Positions 24,511 through 38,694 of a DNA stretch of 64,000 nt are shown one piece after another. The DNA comes from Eledone cirrhosa. Taxonomy: Eukaryota. The notes under the pieces were generated by a model that saw nothing but the letters and a program-made list of their open reading frames with translations, ran no database searches and was not told the origin of the DNA. The position numbers and the translations under genes were made by a program. Position 1 is the first letter of the stretch, and every line of letters begins with the position of its first letter. Location of the stretch: NCBI GenBank assembly GCA_964016885.1, contig OZ024742.1:339264001-339328000 (forward strand), written 5' to 3'.

Positions 24511-26460
24511 TTATGTTATCTCTTTCTCTTAATTTCGAGTATATTTTTTTTGACCGGCCACCTTCCTGGTGGCAAGGTTGTAAAAGAAAAGAAATTGTCA
24601 TCCCTTGAAGCAAATTTTGAAGGTGCCAGCTATCGCAGCCATTTGTAGACTATGAATTAGGGAGCTGCGCTTTTTGTCCGCAAATCCAAGTTCAGTCATA
24701 CTTTGGTCCAAGCGGGTTGGTATATAACCCGGAGCTCCAATAATGATGGGTATGAAGCTAAAGGTGTATCTTGGATACTGGATTTGTAAACTCCTCATCA
24801 ATGGTCCGTAGATGTCCTCCTTCTCCTGTATTTTTCTGACAACGTTTACATCAAGTGGGCAGCTGATCTCCACAACAGAACACGTTTTCAATGTGTTGTC
24901 CCAAACAAAAATATCAGGCCGGTTGTGCTTTAATTTGGTGGCAGTTTTTATTTTCAGGTTCCACCAGTATTCCTTAGTGCCATCTGTCTCAATATATTCT
25001 TCCTCGTTTGTTGTTAATTTTGTTTTCCGAAGTGCGTTCCAGATGGTTCTAGCTATCCCATCGTGTCTCATGGGGAGGTAGTAGCGAGATGACATTCTTT
25101 CGCAGCTGGCAACAATGTGGCTTACATCCTCGATCTTTGTTTTACATAGCCTACATTTATTGTCAACTGCTGGCCCTCCTCTTTTGTGCAGCAGATATTT
25201 GGTAGGGAGTTCTTGTTCCTGTATTGCATAGAGATATCCCTCAAGGTGTGATGTCATAAATTTGTCGGAACTCCATGCCAGGCTTTTTGAGTGGTTTATC
25301 CCCTCTATGGTCTGTGTTTTACGCCTCAAGTATCCATGCACAACTTTTTCTGTAAATTGGTCAATTTTTTTATCTTGTTTCAACATTGAATAGGATCTTC
25401 CGATTTCTCTGGGTGAGAGATTTATATCAGGCTTTATTCCATATCTCTCCTCCAGATCAGTCGCTATTCTAATGATATTTTTTTTCATGCTCATAAACCT
25501 GGGCAAGATGGTTGCCAACCTTTTTCCTCTGTTGAAGGTGTTGCTTCAGTGTTACTATCCGGGTCTCATATGTTGTTAATATTGATTTTAGACCCCAGCC
25601 AACTTCCTTGCGTGAGAAGTATAGCCTATCTACATCACCATTGATGTTAAAGTTCCCAGTAACACTGAGAAGTTTTCGAGTTCTAACATCCATCTCACTT
25701 AGTTCTTGCAATGACCAGTTCAGCAGGCCAAATGTTGGCATTAGAATTGGCACAGCATAAGTATTGTGGGCAATGTATTTGTTGTACGCTGACAGTTCTG
25801 ATGACCATATTTTCTTTATTCTTCTGAGGTATTCAGTTCTGGTTCTCTCCTTATTTATGGGTCCATCATATCTGACATTCTCATCCTGTCCAAGATATCT
25901 ATAGTTGTCACCTGACTGCAGAGGTTGTATTGTCAGGCCGTTCATCTCTAGATTTCTAGAGGAGGGAACAGCTCTTCCACGTTTTACTGCCAAATATGCA
26001 CACTTGGACTCACCAAATTTCATTTTGATGTCAGTTGAAAATTGTGTAATGAGGTCCAATTGTTTCTTGATGTCATTGATATTTGGCCCATACAACTTCA
26101 GGTCATCAACAAAGAAAAGATGGGAGATACTTCTGGGCCCACTTCTTTGTCCACCTTGTTTCCTGAGTAGGTAAGATAGTGGATTCAGTGAGAGAACGAA
26201 GAGTAGCACTGACAAGCTATCACCCTGAAAGATGCCCTTTTGGTAATGTATCTTATCAGTCTTAACTTGTTCCTTCTCACCTCTAAGGATCAAATTGGTG
26301 TACCAGTTCTTGGTCAGGCGTTCAACAACAGCTACCAATGGTTGTGGGACTTTGGCTAACTGTAAAGCCTTAATAATCCACCCATGAGGTACACTATCAA
26401 ATGCTTTTTGATAGTCCAGCCACACCACAGTCATGTTTCTTCGATTCTTTGTTGTTTTTT
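24511..26460 (-). mobile_element. R4/Dong-like LINE family 2 (RT plus REL), 5'-truncated
   Basis: WLDYQKAFDSVPH, GIFQGDSLS, HLFFVDDLKLY, YRYLG, CRLC..HIVASC, HNRPDI..VEISCP; one frameshift; long (TATG)n on both sides. Confidence 0.92.
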
Positions 26461-26685
26461 ATGTATGTATGTATGTATGTATGTATGTATGTATGTATGT
26501 ATGTATGTATGTATGTATGTATGTATGTATGTATGTATGTATGTATGTATGTATGTATGTATGTATGTATGTATGTATGCATGCATGCATGCATGCATGT
26601 ATGTATGTATGTATGTATGTATGTATGTATGTATGTATGTATGTATGTATGTATGTATGTATGTATGTATGTATGTATGCATGTA

Positions 26686-27357
26686 TGGAAAACGTAGCTG
26701 CTGATCGTAATAAATGGAGAAAGACTACATGAGGGGAAAGTTGCCTTTGAGGCATCTCAAATCGCATACGAGAAAGTAAAGCGGGATGTGAGGAAAGGCA
26801 TTGCTGTTGTACTTCCAGACAGCGAAGGCCTTCCTATGGTGCTGACATGCAGCGTCTGTGCGAGACTCTGCCTCAGCAAAGCTGGACTCGAAAGTCATCT
26901 TCGCAGTCATAAAGTGAGACCAGTGGTTGACTACCAGGTTGCTGTCGAAGATGCTGCTCACCATACCTGTCAAGCATGTGGAAGAGAGTGTAAATCAGCA
27001 GCAGGGCTCAAGCGACATGCAAAAGTACACGAACTCCAACCACAGCCGGCTATTGCCAGTGACTGTTTTGGTTACAACTCTGTGCAAGACATTTTAGATC
27101 ATTGGCTGGGCTAAAAAGCCACATTCGATCGTAACACCGTTAATTGTAATTGTATGTATGTGTGTACGTGTGTATATATGTGGTGTATATGTATATATAG
27201 ATATGTATGTGTGTGTGTATGTATGTGTGTGTGTGTGTGTATATATATGTATGTATATTTAAAAAAATTATTATTATTGATATTATTGTCGTTATTGTTA
27301 TTATTATGTTTTCTTTTCGTGCAAAGGCTATACTCGATAACGAGGGGCAGCCATCAT
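26686..27357 (+). mobile_element. RTE 3' fragment with C2H2 fingers and 3' end
   Basis: Homologous to revcomp 47281-48010; CSVC..HLRSH and CQAC..HAKVH. Confidence 0.85.
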
Positions 27358-27527
27358 GTATGTATGTGTATGTATATATATATGTATATATGTATAAATA
27401 TATGTATATATATTATATGTATATATTTATATATGTATATGTATATATATATGTATATATATATATATATATGTGTAAACATATAATAAATAACAAAGAA
27501 TGCCTATAGCATATGCATATCTTTACT

Positions 27528-27573
27528 TGCTAACATTGTTTCATCCGCACTATAAGTGGGACTCATCAGAGCA
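27528..27573 (-). ncRNA. Hammerhead ribozyme motif
   Basis: tgct CTGATGA gtcc cac ttata gtg c ggat GAAA caatgt t agca. Confidence 0.78.
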
Positions 27574-27662
27574 TAAAGGTTAATTACATACCACACAAGC
27601 AATAACAAATCCAAGGCATTGAAGAATGAAAAATAATAGAAGATAAAGGATATTAAGGAAGT

Positions 27663-27955
27663 AAAAGTAAAAATAAAAATAAAAATAAAAATAAAAATAA
27701 AAATAAAAATAAAAATAAAAATAAAAATAAAAATAAAAATAAAAATAAAAATAAAAATAAAAATAAAAATAAAAATAAAAATAAAAATAAAAATAAAAAT
27801 AAAAATAAAAATAAAAATAAAAATAAAAATAAAAATAAAAATAAAAATAAAAATAAAAATAAAAATAAAAATAAAAATAAAAATAAAAATAAAAATAAAA
27901 ATAAAAATAAAAATAAAAATAAAAATAAAAATAAAAATAAAAATAAAAATAATAA
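27663..27955. repeat. (TAAAAA)n hexamer array
   Basis: About 290 bp of near-perfect tandem repeat. Confidence 0.95.
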
Positions 27956-30900
27956 AATAAACAATGAAAAATAAGGGGTGCTATCAGTCACAGTTGGGCG
28001 GGGTGCTGTCAACATATAGTTACATACAAGCATACACATGGATAAGAGAACAGACAAGAGTAGATAAGATAGATAGGATTAGGTAAGAGTAGGTAAAAAA
28101 TAGGTGAAAAACAGACTTATAATATATATAAGAAAATATAAAAAAATATAACAAACATACATATAAAATATAAAATATACAGATAATAGTGATACAGGGT
28201 AAGGAATGAAATAAAATAATATAAAATTAAAATTAAAATTATATAAAATAGAACATAATATAATATAATCATAAAATAAGATAAAATAAGGTAAACTAAA
28301 ATAAAATAAAATAGACTAAAGTAAAATAATATAATATAAGATATAATTAAATGTAATTAAATAAATAAATAAATAAATAGAATTAAATAAATAAATAAAA
28401 TTAAAATTAAAATTAAATAAATAAATAAATAAATGAATAAATAAATAAATAAGTAAATAAATAAATAAATGAAATTAAATAAATAAATAAATAAAATTAA
28501 ATAAAATGAAAAGAAATAAAATAAAATAAAATAAAGTAAATTGAGATAAGATATATATTTTTTTAGAGTATATCTCTTGAATGCATCAGGGGCCCACGAA
28601 GGCACTAAGTGTCACAGTTATCTGTATCACTTGACCGTTTTTTAGAATATATTTCTTGAAAATATCAGGGGCCCACGAAGGCACTAAGTGTCACAGTCAC
28701 CAGTATCACTTGACCATTGCAAGGCAATGGAGGCGTCCCAGGTTGGGCAGTCTCAAAAGTTCACTCGAAAGTCACGGGTGTGCATTCACACAGTTGAGCG
28801 GTGGGGTAATCACAAACCGGTTCACACCCGGGCAGGAGTCCAATGGTCAAACAGAGGTACATCGAAGGAAGGTAGGAGAATTCACGTGCAGTAGCAAGAG
28901 GCCGAAAGCAAGGTGCAGGCGGGTTAGCCAAAGCAAGCAGACACAGTTGGAGCGCATACAAAAGATATATAAAAAGACAAAAGATATATAAAAAATAGCT
29001 TCAAGAGCCATGAAGTCACCGCATTGGGACATCACAAGATTATACACCAATATGTTCAGCACGTATATGCACATATACACACCACATGCATATGCAGAGA
29101 CGGTATACATATATATATATTTTTTTATATACAGACATATACAACCACCTACACCCATACACATATAAATGTATACACAGACACACACGCACACACACAC
29201 AGCGTAGGACACCTGGGTCAAAGCTGATATTAAACACAGAAATACCACATTAGGCAAGACCCACCACCACGGATAATACATTCAAAATAAATACATACGA
29301 TGAGATGTAGTAAAATAAAATTGAATTCCTACGGAGATAATCATGTCCGCACGTGCCATTGCCCGATTTAAGTGTACACAGACCGTTAGTAACTACGGAG
29401 GGCTATCGGGGCCAAAACGTTACTTTCGGGATCATAACAACGACCGTCAATATATGGAAGGCCGATCGTGCTAGAAAGAATACAACCCCGGGCAAGAGCT
29501 CCCAGAAGTCAGCCTGTAGATCTTAAACCACAGAGTAGGAGGGCAACACGTACATGCGCCACGTATCTACTGCTTACGGCGAGATGGCACAGGCCCGCCC
29601 ACAGTTACAGGCTAAATTTCTATTAGTGCAGCCTATATCACAGTACACGCTCTACATAGATATATTACATCACAACTCATGCGCATACAGAGGTACAGAT
29701 CCACAAGATACACGTCAGGATAGACCCACCAATGCACCAATGGTGGGTAGGCGAGCGTGGATGGGTTACATCCGCTGTGCCAAACAGGGGTGCTTATTAA
29801 CATACACACCCACTCACCTGTACACCCCAATATCCAGATCAATATCCTCCCGCAGGCATACGTATACACTCACCGACTCATATACATAGAAGACAAACAA
29901 TAGGAGACAGTTACACACAATCAGAGACAGTTACACAAGATAGACCAACTGGAGAAATAAGGAAGTGCTAGCTAATAGGTTTAAAGTAGAAGAAAGAGCT
30001 TAATATTCGGTGGGGGCAAGAGGAAAATATTTCTGACTTTCTATTTAGTAGAGGGCATTTAGCAAATATAATAGAGTGGGATTCGGCAAGGCATAGGTTA
30101 CATACTCTATTATGAGGAGTATATGGATGGGATTTAGCAACCTGCCGCCAAGTAAGTGTGTAATGTGTTCGTGCATTTTTTAAATTGTGGACGTACGCTG
30201 CCAAGGAGGTGGAGTTCCTCAGTTTATTATGTCTAAAAGTGCACTGGTGAGAGTTAAACCTGGTCTTAAAGGGGGTGGAGGTTGATCCTATATAGGTTTT
30301 AGTGGACGCCGTAGTTACCACATCACACGCATAAACTATGTTTCTAACAAGGCAGAAACCATTCAGGGGGCAGCCTGAAGCCCTTCTACAGTTACAACTT
30401 CTGGTGATGCTATTCTCAGAATGATCACCACTTGTGTTTCGGCCCACTCTGTCCACTACCGTGTTTTCCCCTAGGCTTAGGTTGTCCAGGCCTTCCTTTA
30501 TTTTCTTATTATTAGTAATGGCCAGATGAGAGGCCAGATTTTGGGTTGTAGAATACGAAAGTTTAACAACATTCTTATTGAGGATAGAGTGGTACCTATT
30601 ACCAGGAGGGAAGTTCCTTTCTAACACAGAGAAGAAGGCCCTAGGAATATTTATAGCCACTTCAGAATTAAAAGGGGGGTTGAAGTATGTATTCAATCTT
30701 CTTCTATTCTTTTTATTCTTTCTATTTCCATCACTATTATTAGCATTATTATTTCTACGGTTACTATGCTCACCTAGTCTATGCGGGGAGCTGCGAGGCC
30801 TACCATTGCTATTACTTAGACTAATGGTGCCCTGCTGGTTCATTCCACCGGCATTTAGAAACCTCCCATTCGCGACACCTCCATTACCAATGGACATATT

Positions 30901-31125
30901 ATGTGTTATAACATATATATATATGTGTAAACATATATATATATACACACACACATACACACATACACTCACACAGACACGCACATACACACACATACAC
31001 ACACACGCACACACACACACACATATATATATATGTGTGTGTGTGTGTATTCCGAGTTAAATCGGAGGTAACCAGAATAATAATGTACTCAAACAGTACT
31101 AGTCTTGTAGAAGCCATTTCTATAT

Positions 31126-31179
<54 letters not shown>

Positions 31180-31182
<3 letters not shown>

Positions 31183-31373
31183 CGAAGGAAATGTGGTAAG
31201 GAACCAGGTGGACCATAACGCACCAACGTACTCAATACTTAGGGTAGTAGAGTGGGTAATAGGAACGAGTAGGACCCACCCGGCTGAGCTCAAGCCGTTT
31301 CGACGGCTAATTCTGGACGTCCAGAATTAGCCGTCGAAACGGCTTGAGCTCAGCCGTCGGGGTCCTACTCGTT

Positions 31374-31378
<5 letters not shown>
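31180..31378. repeat. Hairpin-plus-tail mini-element, copy 3
   Basis: Palindrome at 31260-31378 centred on CTGGACGTCCAG. Confidence 0.85.
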
Positions 31379-31430
<52 letters not shown>

Positions 31431-31433
<3 letters not shown>

Positions 31434-31900
31434 ATGAAATGACAGGAGGCTGGATTTGTGTAAATCCTTGAAAGGTTTATTATACTATGATCATTTCAAT
31501 GACCGGGTTCCGTATGAATCCGGTGATATCATCAGGCATTCGAAATATAATATCTTAGCCGGTCGCCCTCGAGGGCGACCGGTTAAGATAGAGGGTGCAA
31601 GATAGCGGTCGCCCTCGGGTCCTCGATTTTCAGCCCCATGGATTTTATCTATTACATTCACGTATTATATTTCGAATACCTGATGATATCACCGGATTCA
31701 TACGGAACCCGGTCATTGAAATGATCATAGTATAATAAACCTTTCAAGGATTTACACAAATCCAGCCTCCTGTCATTTCATTATAATATCTAACTCCGTA
31801 ATAGCACCACCAACTACAAAAACAAAGACGGTTGAACTGCTTTACGTTGAGTACTCTCTATATTATTACATTACGATTGACAATACGGAATAGACCAGCT
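31431..31900. mobile_element. ORF-less fold-back element with an HHR in each arm
   Basis: 31431-31552 is inverted at 31663-31785; atac CTGATGA..GAAA tgatcat a gtat at 31676-31733 (+) and 31482-31539 (-). Confidence 0.8.
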
Positions 31901-31930
31901 CTATAATGTGGTGAACCACAAACCTGAATA

Positions 31931-31972
<42 letters not shown>

Positions 31973-31973
31973 T

Positions 31974-32936
<963 letters not shown>

Positions 32937-32984
32937 ATATATATATATATATATATAAAAATATATATATAGTGTTCGAGGGGA

Positions 32985-34052
32985 GGGGGGGGGAAGGTCA
33001 AATCCAGTGCTTTCATCTGATAAAATAACCTTATACACAGACAAAGCTGAGATTCTCACTTGCTGGAAGGAACACTTTGAGAAGGTCCTTAATGCAGAAG
33101 GAAAGGTTGATGAAGATGTAATTTCATCTAGTCCACAAAGGCCGGAGATCCTTGAATTACCATTAAACCCAAACTTGAATGAAATAAAAGCTACTATCAG
33201 GCAGCTATCATCCAATAAGGCTCCTGGTAAAGCTGGCATTTCACCTGAAATCTTCAAATATGGTGGTAAAAAACTGGTTCTTAGGCTTCATCAGCTATTT
33301 CTGAAGATCTGGAGAGTTGAGAGCGTCCCCCCGGACTTCAGAGATGCATCGATAATCCTTGTTCAAAATCAAAGGTAAAAAAACTATCTTCAACAACTCT
33401 CACGACATCTCACTACTCTGTATTACTGGTAAGATACAGTGTTATTCTCAACAGAATTACATTCAGACTTGTTGACGATATCTACCCTGAAAATCAATGT
33501 GGTTTCCGCTCTGATTTGGGTACTATTGATATGATTTTCTCTCTTCGCCCCGTTGCTGAGAAGGTTCGTGAAATGAACCAGGAGCTGTTTATGGTTTTTG
33601 TTGACTTGACTGAGGCCTTTGACACTGTCAATCACAAAGCTTTTTGGAAAATCCTGAAAAAGCTTGGCATACCTGATAATATGCTAAATATCATCATATC
33701 CTTCCATGAGGGCATAGAAGCACCAGTTATGTCAGATGGTGAACGCTCTGAACCCTTTGCTGTTATAAATGGTGCGAAGCAGAGTTGTGTCATGGCTTCT
33801 GTCCTCTTTGCTTTGTTCTTTTCTGTAATAGTCCAGCATGCATTTGACGATTTGGACACTGGTGTCAGATTTGAGTTCAGTACATCGAGTGGGCTATTCA
33901 ACTATCAGCGCTTTAAGGCTAAAACAGTCTCACGAACAAGTATCATTGTGATTTACTGTTTGCTAGTGATGCTATACTTGTTGCAACAACCCTCAAAGAG
34001 GCACAGGAATTGATGAACCGCTTTTCGCTTGCCTGTAAGGCTTTTGGTCTAA
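32985..34052 (+). mobile_element. RTE-clade RT fragment, degraded
   Basis: WKEHFEKVLN, KAPGKAGISPEIFK, PENQCGFR, FVDLTEAFDTV, NGAKQSCVMA. Confidence 0.85.
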
Positions 34053-34131
34053 GACTCTACTAACGTTTTAAGTACCTTACTTACTGCGGTTTCCCTCGAT
34101 TGAACCCGGAACTCATATATTTATATATATA

Positions 34132-34183
<52 letters not shown>

Positions 34184-34282
34184 CGTGTGTGTCAACATAA
34201 ATGGACCTGTTATTTCTATCTAAAGACATTTTTTCTAATTCCATCCCGCCCGTCCCCTGAATCTATCTTATTTCTCATTCTT

Positions 34283-34318
34283 TCTTCTGATGAAGGACTA
34301 GCGTCCGAAACATTAAGA
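34283..34318 (+). ncRNA. Minimal hammerhead motif in a short insert between (GT)n and (CA)n
   Basis: tctt CTGATGA a ggac tagc gtcc GAAA cat t aaga. Confidence 0.72.
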
Positions 34319-34399
34319 CCCTCTTCCTGCTATATCAAGCGTTAACTTAATATATCCCTTCCATATACTGTACCGATTTTGTTGTTATTTCTGTTTACC

Positions 34400-34489
<90 letters not shown>

Positions 34490-34961
34490 CAATACTAATA
34501 TGACGTGCGTGTTATCTCTTCTCCCCCCATTTATTGCAATTGCTTACATTTTACAACACGATATCTTACTTTCTTCTTGTTGTTTCTTTTTCTTCTTTTC
34601 TGTTTTCTTCACTTTTTCTTTTGCTTCAGATATGTCTCTCATGCTATAGGAGGCACCACACGTTTCTCTTGACGTCACATAAAATTCTATGAGTACCTGT
34701 AGCTTAATTGCTATAAATTTATGTTTTGCCTCTCTTCTCTTACTCCACTGGACAGCGTTTGTTTTATGTCAGACACTGTGACCCTGATAGGACCAGCAGT
34801 ACTGTTGGTAGGGGTCGAAACTGCCTAAGTCCATCTGAACGGCCGATGACTATGGAGTTATGTGCCCTTCGTTTGTATGCTTGTATGTTTACTTAAAAAA
34901 AAAAAATTTTTAACGTTTCTTTTTGAAAATTTTTTTTTAGTTTTGCCTTGTTTCTGTTCGT

Positions 34962-35026
<65 letters not shown>

Positions 35027-35029
<3 letters not shown>

Positions 35030-35563
35030 GATAAATCTACCAAGAGTTTACGGTAGTGTCCAATCCGTATGAAGAACTCAATGTAATCCGGATATCATGG
35101 AAAGAAGAGATGCAATGAAAAATCACTTTCGGTGAAAGATAAACGGAATACAGAATCAAGATAAAATATAAAAAAAATAATGAATAAAACAATGAAACAG
35201 TTCCTTATATTAAACAAAAAAAGTTCATTATTTAACGATCGTTTCTAGGATATATATGTGTTAGAATTGGCATGCATATTCAACAGATCTATGTACAAAA
35301 TTATACAAAATTATACAAACTATCAAAATTAAATATACATACCAACACATATATATGCCGTCTTCAGAAAGACGGCATATATATGTGTTGGTATGTATAT
35401 TTAATTTTGATAGTTTGTATAATTTTGTATAATTTTGTACATAGATCTGTTGAATATGCATGCCAATTCTAACACATATATATCCTAGAAACGATCGTTA
35501 AATAATGAACTTTTTTTGTTTAATATAAGGAACTGTTTCATTGTTTTATTCATTATTTTTTTA

Positions 35564-35572
<9 letters not shown>
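35027..35572. repeat. Near-perfect ~410-bp palindrome plus 135-bp tail, in (TA)n
   Basis: Arms 35161-35363 and 35370-35572; identical ORF starts on both strands confirm the symmetry. Confidence 0.9.
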
Positions 35573-35622
<50 letters not shown>

Positions 35623-35624
<2 letters not shown>

Positions 35625-35721
35625 CAGATTAAAGTTTCAGCTCTGAAACTAATTGATTTTTTTAGTTTCAGAAGACCCCGTTAAGGGTGAAAGCAGCCAT
35701 CTTTGCTTAAACTTTAATCTG

Positions 35722-35728
<7 letters not shown>
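35623..35728 (+). mobile_element. ~100-bp insert with inverted ends and HHR variant
   Basis: Ends AACAGATTAAAGTTT / AAACTTTAATCTGTT; agttt CAGAAGA ccccgttaagggt GAAA gca gccatctt tgc tt aaact at 35664-35713. Confidence 0.6.
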
Positions 35729-35797
<69 letters not shown>

Positions 35798-36360
35798 ATG
35801 AATGTTCTATTTAATTAAGAAGGACATATAACCAATAACAAAAACATTGTTTCTGATTTTTCTGAGGGTTGGTGGCAAAATGAATTTTTTTCGAGGCTAA
35901 CAGTACGGAGTTACATAACTGTTATCGATTGGTTTAAACATCGATTTATTTTAATTCTGCCCTCTGAAATGATCGCAAGACAATGGATCTATTAATTACT
36001 ACACCTTGTCTTATTCTATAATAATATAAACGCACGTCTTCACACGGACACACATGCACATGAAAACAGGCATAGAGACATATTATATAATCAGTACTAT
36101 TGTGTAAGTTACTTGAAGAATGACTATTCAAACAATATGTCAAAGTATGTTTGTGCTTCTGGACGAAAATGTCACAAACGCAAAAGGTTACTCAGTATTC
36201 ATTGTAAATGTCATAAAGAATTGATACCAGGATCTCGATTGTTCTGGTGATAATAAATAAACGCGGAAATCAAATATGTTTATATAGGAATAATTTTGTT
36301 TTCTGTTTTCTTCACTAAAAGAAAAAAAAAAAATATATATATATAAAAATATAAATATAC

Positions 36361-36407
<47 letters not shown>

Positions 36408-36412
<5 letters not shown>

Positions 36413-37368
36413 ATACTTTGGGAGGGTCATGTTGCCAATAAGAAACACACGCACCAGTTGCTTTCACTTCAATTTATTATATATTTATAAATTTATAAAT
36501 TTACAAATCTACAAACTTATAAATTTCTGGTTGGTTGGTTGGTTCCAGTTGTTTATATATAGTCATAGTCCTTTCGTCACACACTCTGTGACCTCTTCAG
36601 TGACTGGGGATTCCTTTCTTTGTTTCTGTGCCTTTCCTTTCTTCTGTCCTACGCCATTTTGTTTCTGTGTGTGTGTTGTGTGCTCGGTTTGCGCATGCGC
36701 CACATCCGGGTGTCTGTGTGTGTTTGTGTTCATTTATCTATTTGTTTATTTATTTATTTATTTATTTACATGTTGTAGGTTGGTTGTTTGTTCTATGTGT
36801 GTGTGTGTTTTCATTTTGTCCTTAATTGTAAGTTGTGATGTTGCTGTTCCACTCATATTTTCTATTTAATTTTGGTTGTAATTCTTTTATGCTTACTGCC
36901 TCTGTAATTTGCCTAAACATTGCATCTTTTCTGTGTGTGGATTCTATTTTTATTTCTATGTTCTCTAATTTACCCTTGTGCTCTATCTTAGCATGTTGGT
37001 AGAGCACAGATGATTCTTTATTATCTTGAAGGTCTCGCCAGTGTTCATTTATTCGTTCCCCTATACTACGAGCTGTCTCACCTATGTACACTATATTTTT
37101 GTTTCTACATTGTCCTTCAGTACATCTTATGCTATACACTACATTTCTAGTTTTACAGTTAATATGGGGGCTTATTTTACAGGTTATACATTTCTTATCT
37201 ATACACAACTGGTTAATATGGGGCTTATTTTACAGGTTATACATTTCTTATCTATACACAACTGGTGCGTGTGTTTCTTATTGGCAACATCACCCTCCCA
37301 AAGTATAACAATATCGGTTTCAACACACGATTTCAGATAAAGAATCTTGCTAAACAAATTCAGAAACG

Positions 37369-37370
<2 letters not shown>
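36408..37370 (-). mobile_element. PLE GIY-YIG 3' fragment, second copy, with inverted tail
   Basis: CITC..NCKTRNVVYSIRC..YIGETARSIGERINEH; HHR at 36561-36605 (agtca CTGAAGA g gtcaca gagtg tgtgac GAAA ggact a tgact); inverted end at 37259-37312 plus extension. Confidence 0.88.
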
Positions 37371-37415
<45 letters not shown>

Positions 37416-37443
37416 TGTAATAAACAACATAAGATAATTAATT

Positions 37444-37504
37444 CATTTACCAGTGGTTTCTTGAAGAGCTTGACACTTACGTCCGTCTTCATTCATCAGA
37501 AACA
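37444..37504 (-). ncRNA. Hammerhead ribozyme motif
   Basis: tgttt CTGATGA a tgaaga cg gac gtaagt gtc aagc tcttca a GAAA ccactggt a aatg. Confidence 0.7.
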
Positions 37505-37867
37505 TTTTTATTTTTGAATGTGATATAGATTTGGAAACAGAGTTTAGGATAAATGAAAGTGAGACTGAAATAAAATAACGGGCATAAATTGAGGGGAATA
37601 AAAATTATAAATATCCAAATACATAAACACACACATACACAAACTCACGCATATACTTAATAGTACGTAAACTTATACAATCACATATAAGTATATGGGC
37701 GTCTACATGGAAATACAAAGACACACATATACGTGCGATCTTTCGCTCACATATGCGCACACATAGGCACACAATCACACAGGTACTCAATATTAACGTA
37801 TAAATATATATACACACATCTCTCTATACATACACATATAAATATAAGTATATATATATCTACACAT

Positions 37868-37913
<46 letters not shown>

Positions 37914-38323
37914 ATATATATATATATACACACATATATATATATCGACACAAACACATACAAATATGTGTATACATACATACACACAATTGCCTATATA
38001 CGCACATATACAGACATACATATGCTCACACACACGCGCACGCTTACATTTAAGTGTGCACATAAACATAATCGTAAAGATATATATACACACAGACATA
38101 CGGACATACATGTGTGTAGCCTACATAGAGCACTCTTTTTTCCTTTACTACGGAAATACTTCATTTATACATATATATATAATCATATATTTATTCATAT
38201 ATATATATATATATAAAATATATATATATAAAATAGAATAGCTTTCACCGTATTTTTGACTAAAGAAATTTTAGCCTGATAATGGGGTTTAGAACCCTCA
38301 GATAAATGGAAAAAGATGAGTAT

Positions 38324-38394
38324 TGATGTACATGGGAGTCGAACCCACATCTTTGGTTATCTAGACCACTGTGCTACCATTACACCAACACATC
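38324..38394 (-). tRNA. tRNA-like cloverleaf (AGA at the anticodon position, short variable loop), likely repeat-borne
   Basis: GATGTGT TG GTGT AATGGTA GCAC A GTGGT CTAGATA ACCAA AGAT GTGGG TTCGACT CCCAT GTACATC A. Confidence 0.6.
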
Positions 38395-38611
38395 ACCCAT
38401 CTCCTTCCATTCAAATTAGAAGCTACATTCTTAGCAAGTATAAATGACGAGTAAGTATGTTTTGAAACAGTGAGCAGGTTTGAAATTAGAAAATAGAATA
38501 GCTTTCACCGTATTTTTTGACTAAAGAAATTTTAGCCTGATAATGGTGTTTAGAAAGCCATTCTATTTTCTAATTTCAAACCTGCTCACTGTTTCAAAAC
38601 AAACTTACTCG

Positions 38612-38694
<83 letters not shown>

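Larger units (their letters stand above)
27485..30905 (-). mobile_element. PLE 3' portion: GIY-YIG ORF remnant, ~2.4-kb 3' region and terminal HHR
   Basis: 29968-30898 encodes YFNPPFN, CNCRRASGCPLNGFC..IVY..YIGST..FKTRFNSH and CNLCLAE. The HHR lies on the same strand at 27528-27573; linkage of ORF and HHR is inferred. Confidence 0.75.

Noticed and set aside
27653-28057. 134-aa FLFLFL ORF
   Set aside because: Translation of the (TAAAAA)n array.
34768-34838. HHR-like tcaga..gaccct..aggggtc GAAA ct..agtc..tctga
   Set aside because: The CUGANGA core cannot be placed correctly; too degenerate to call.
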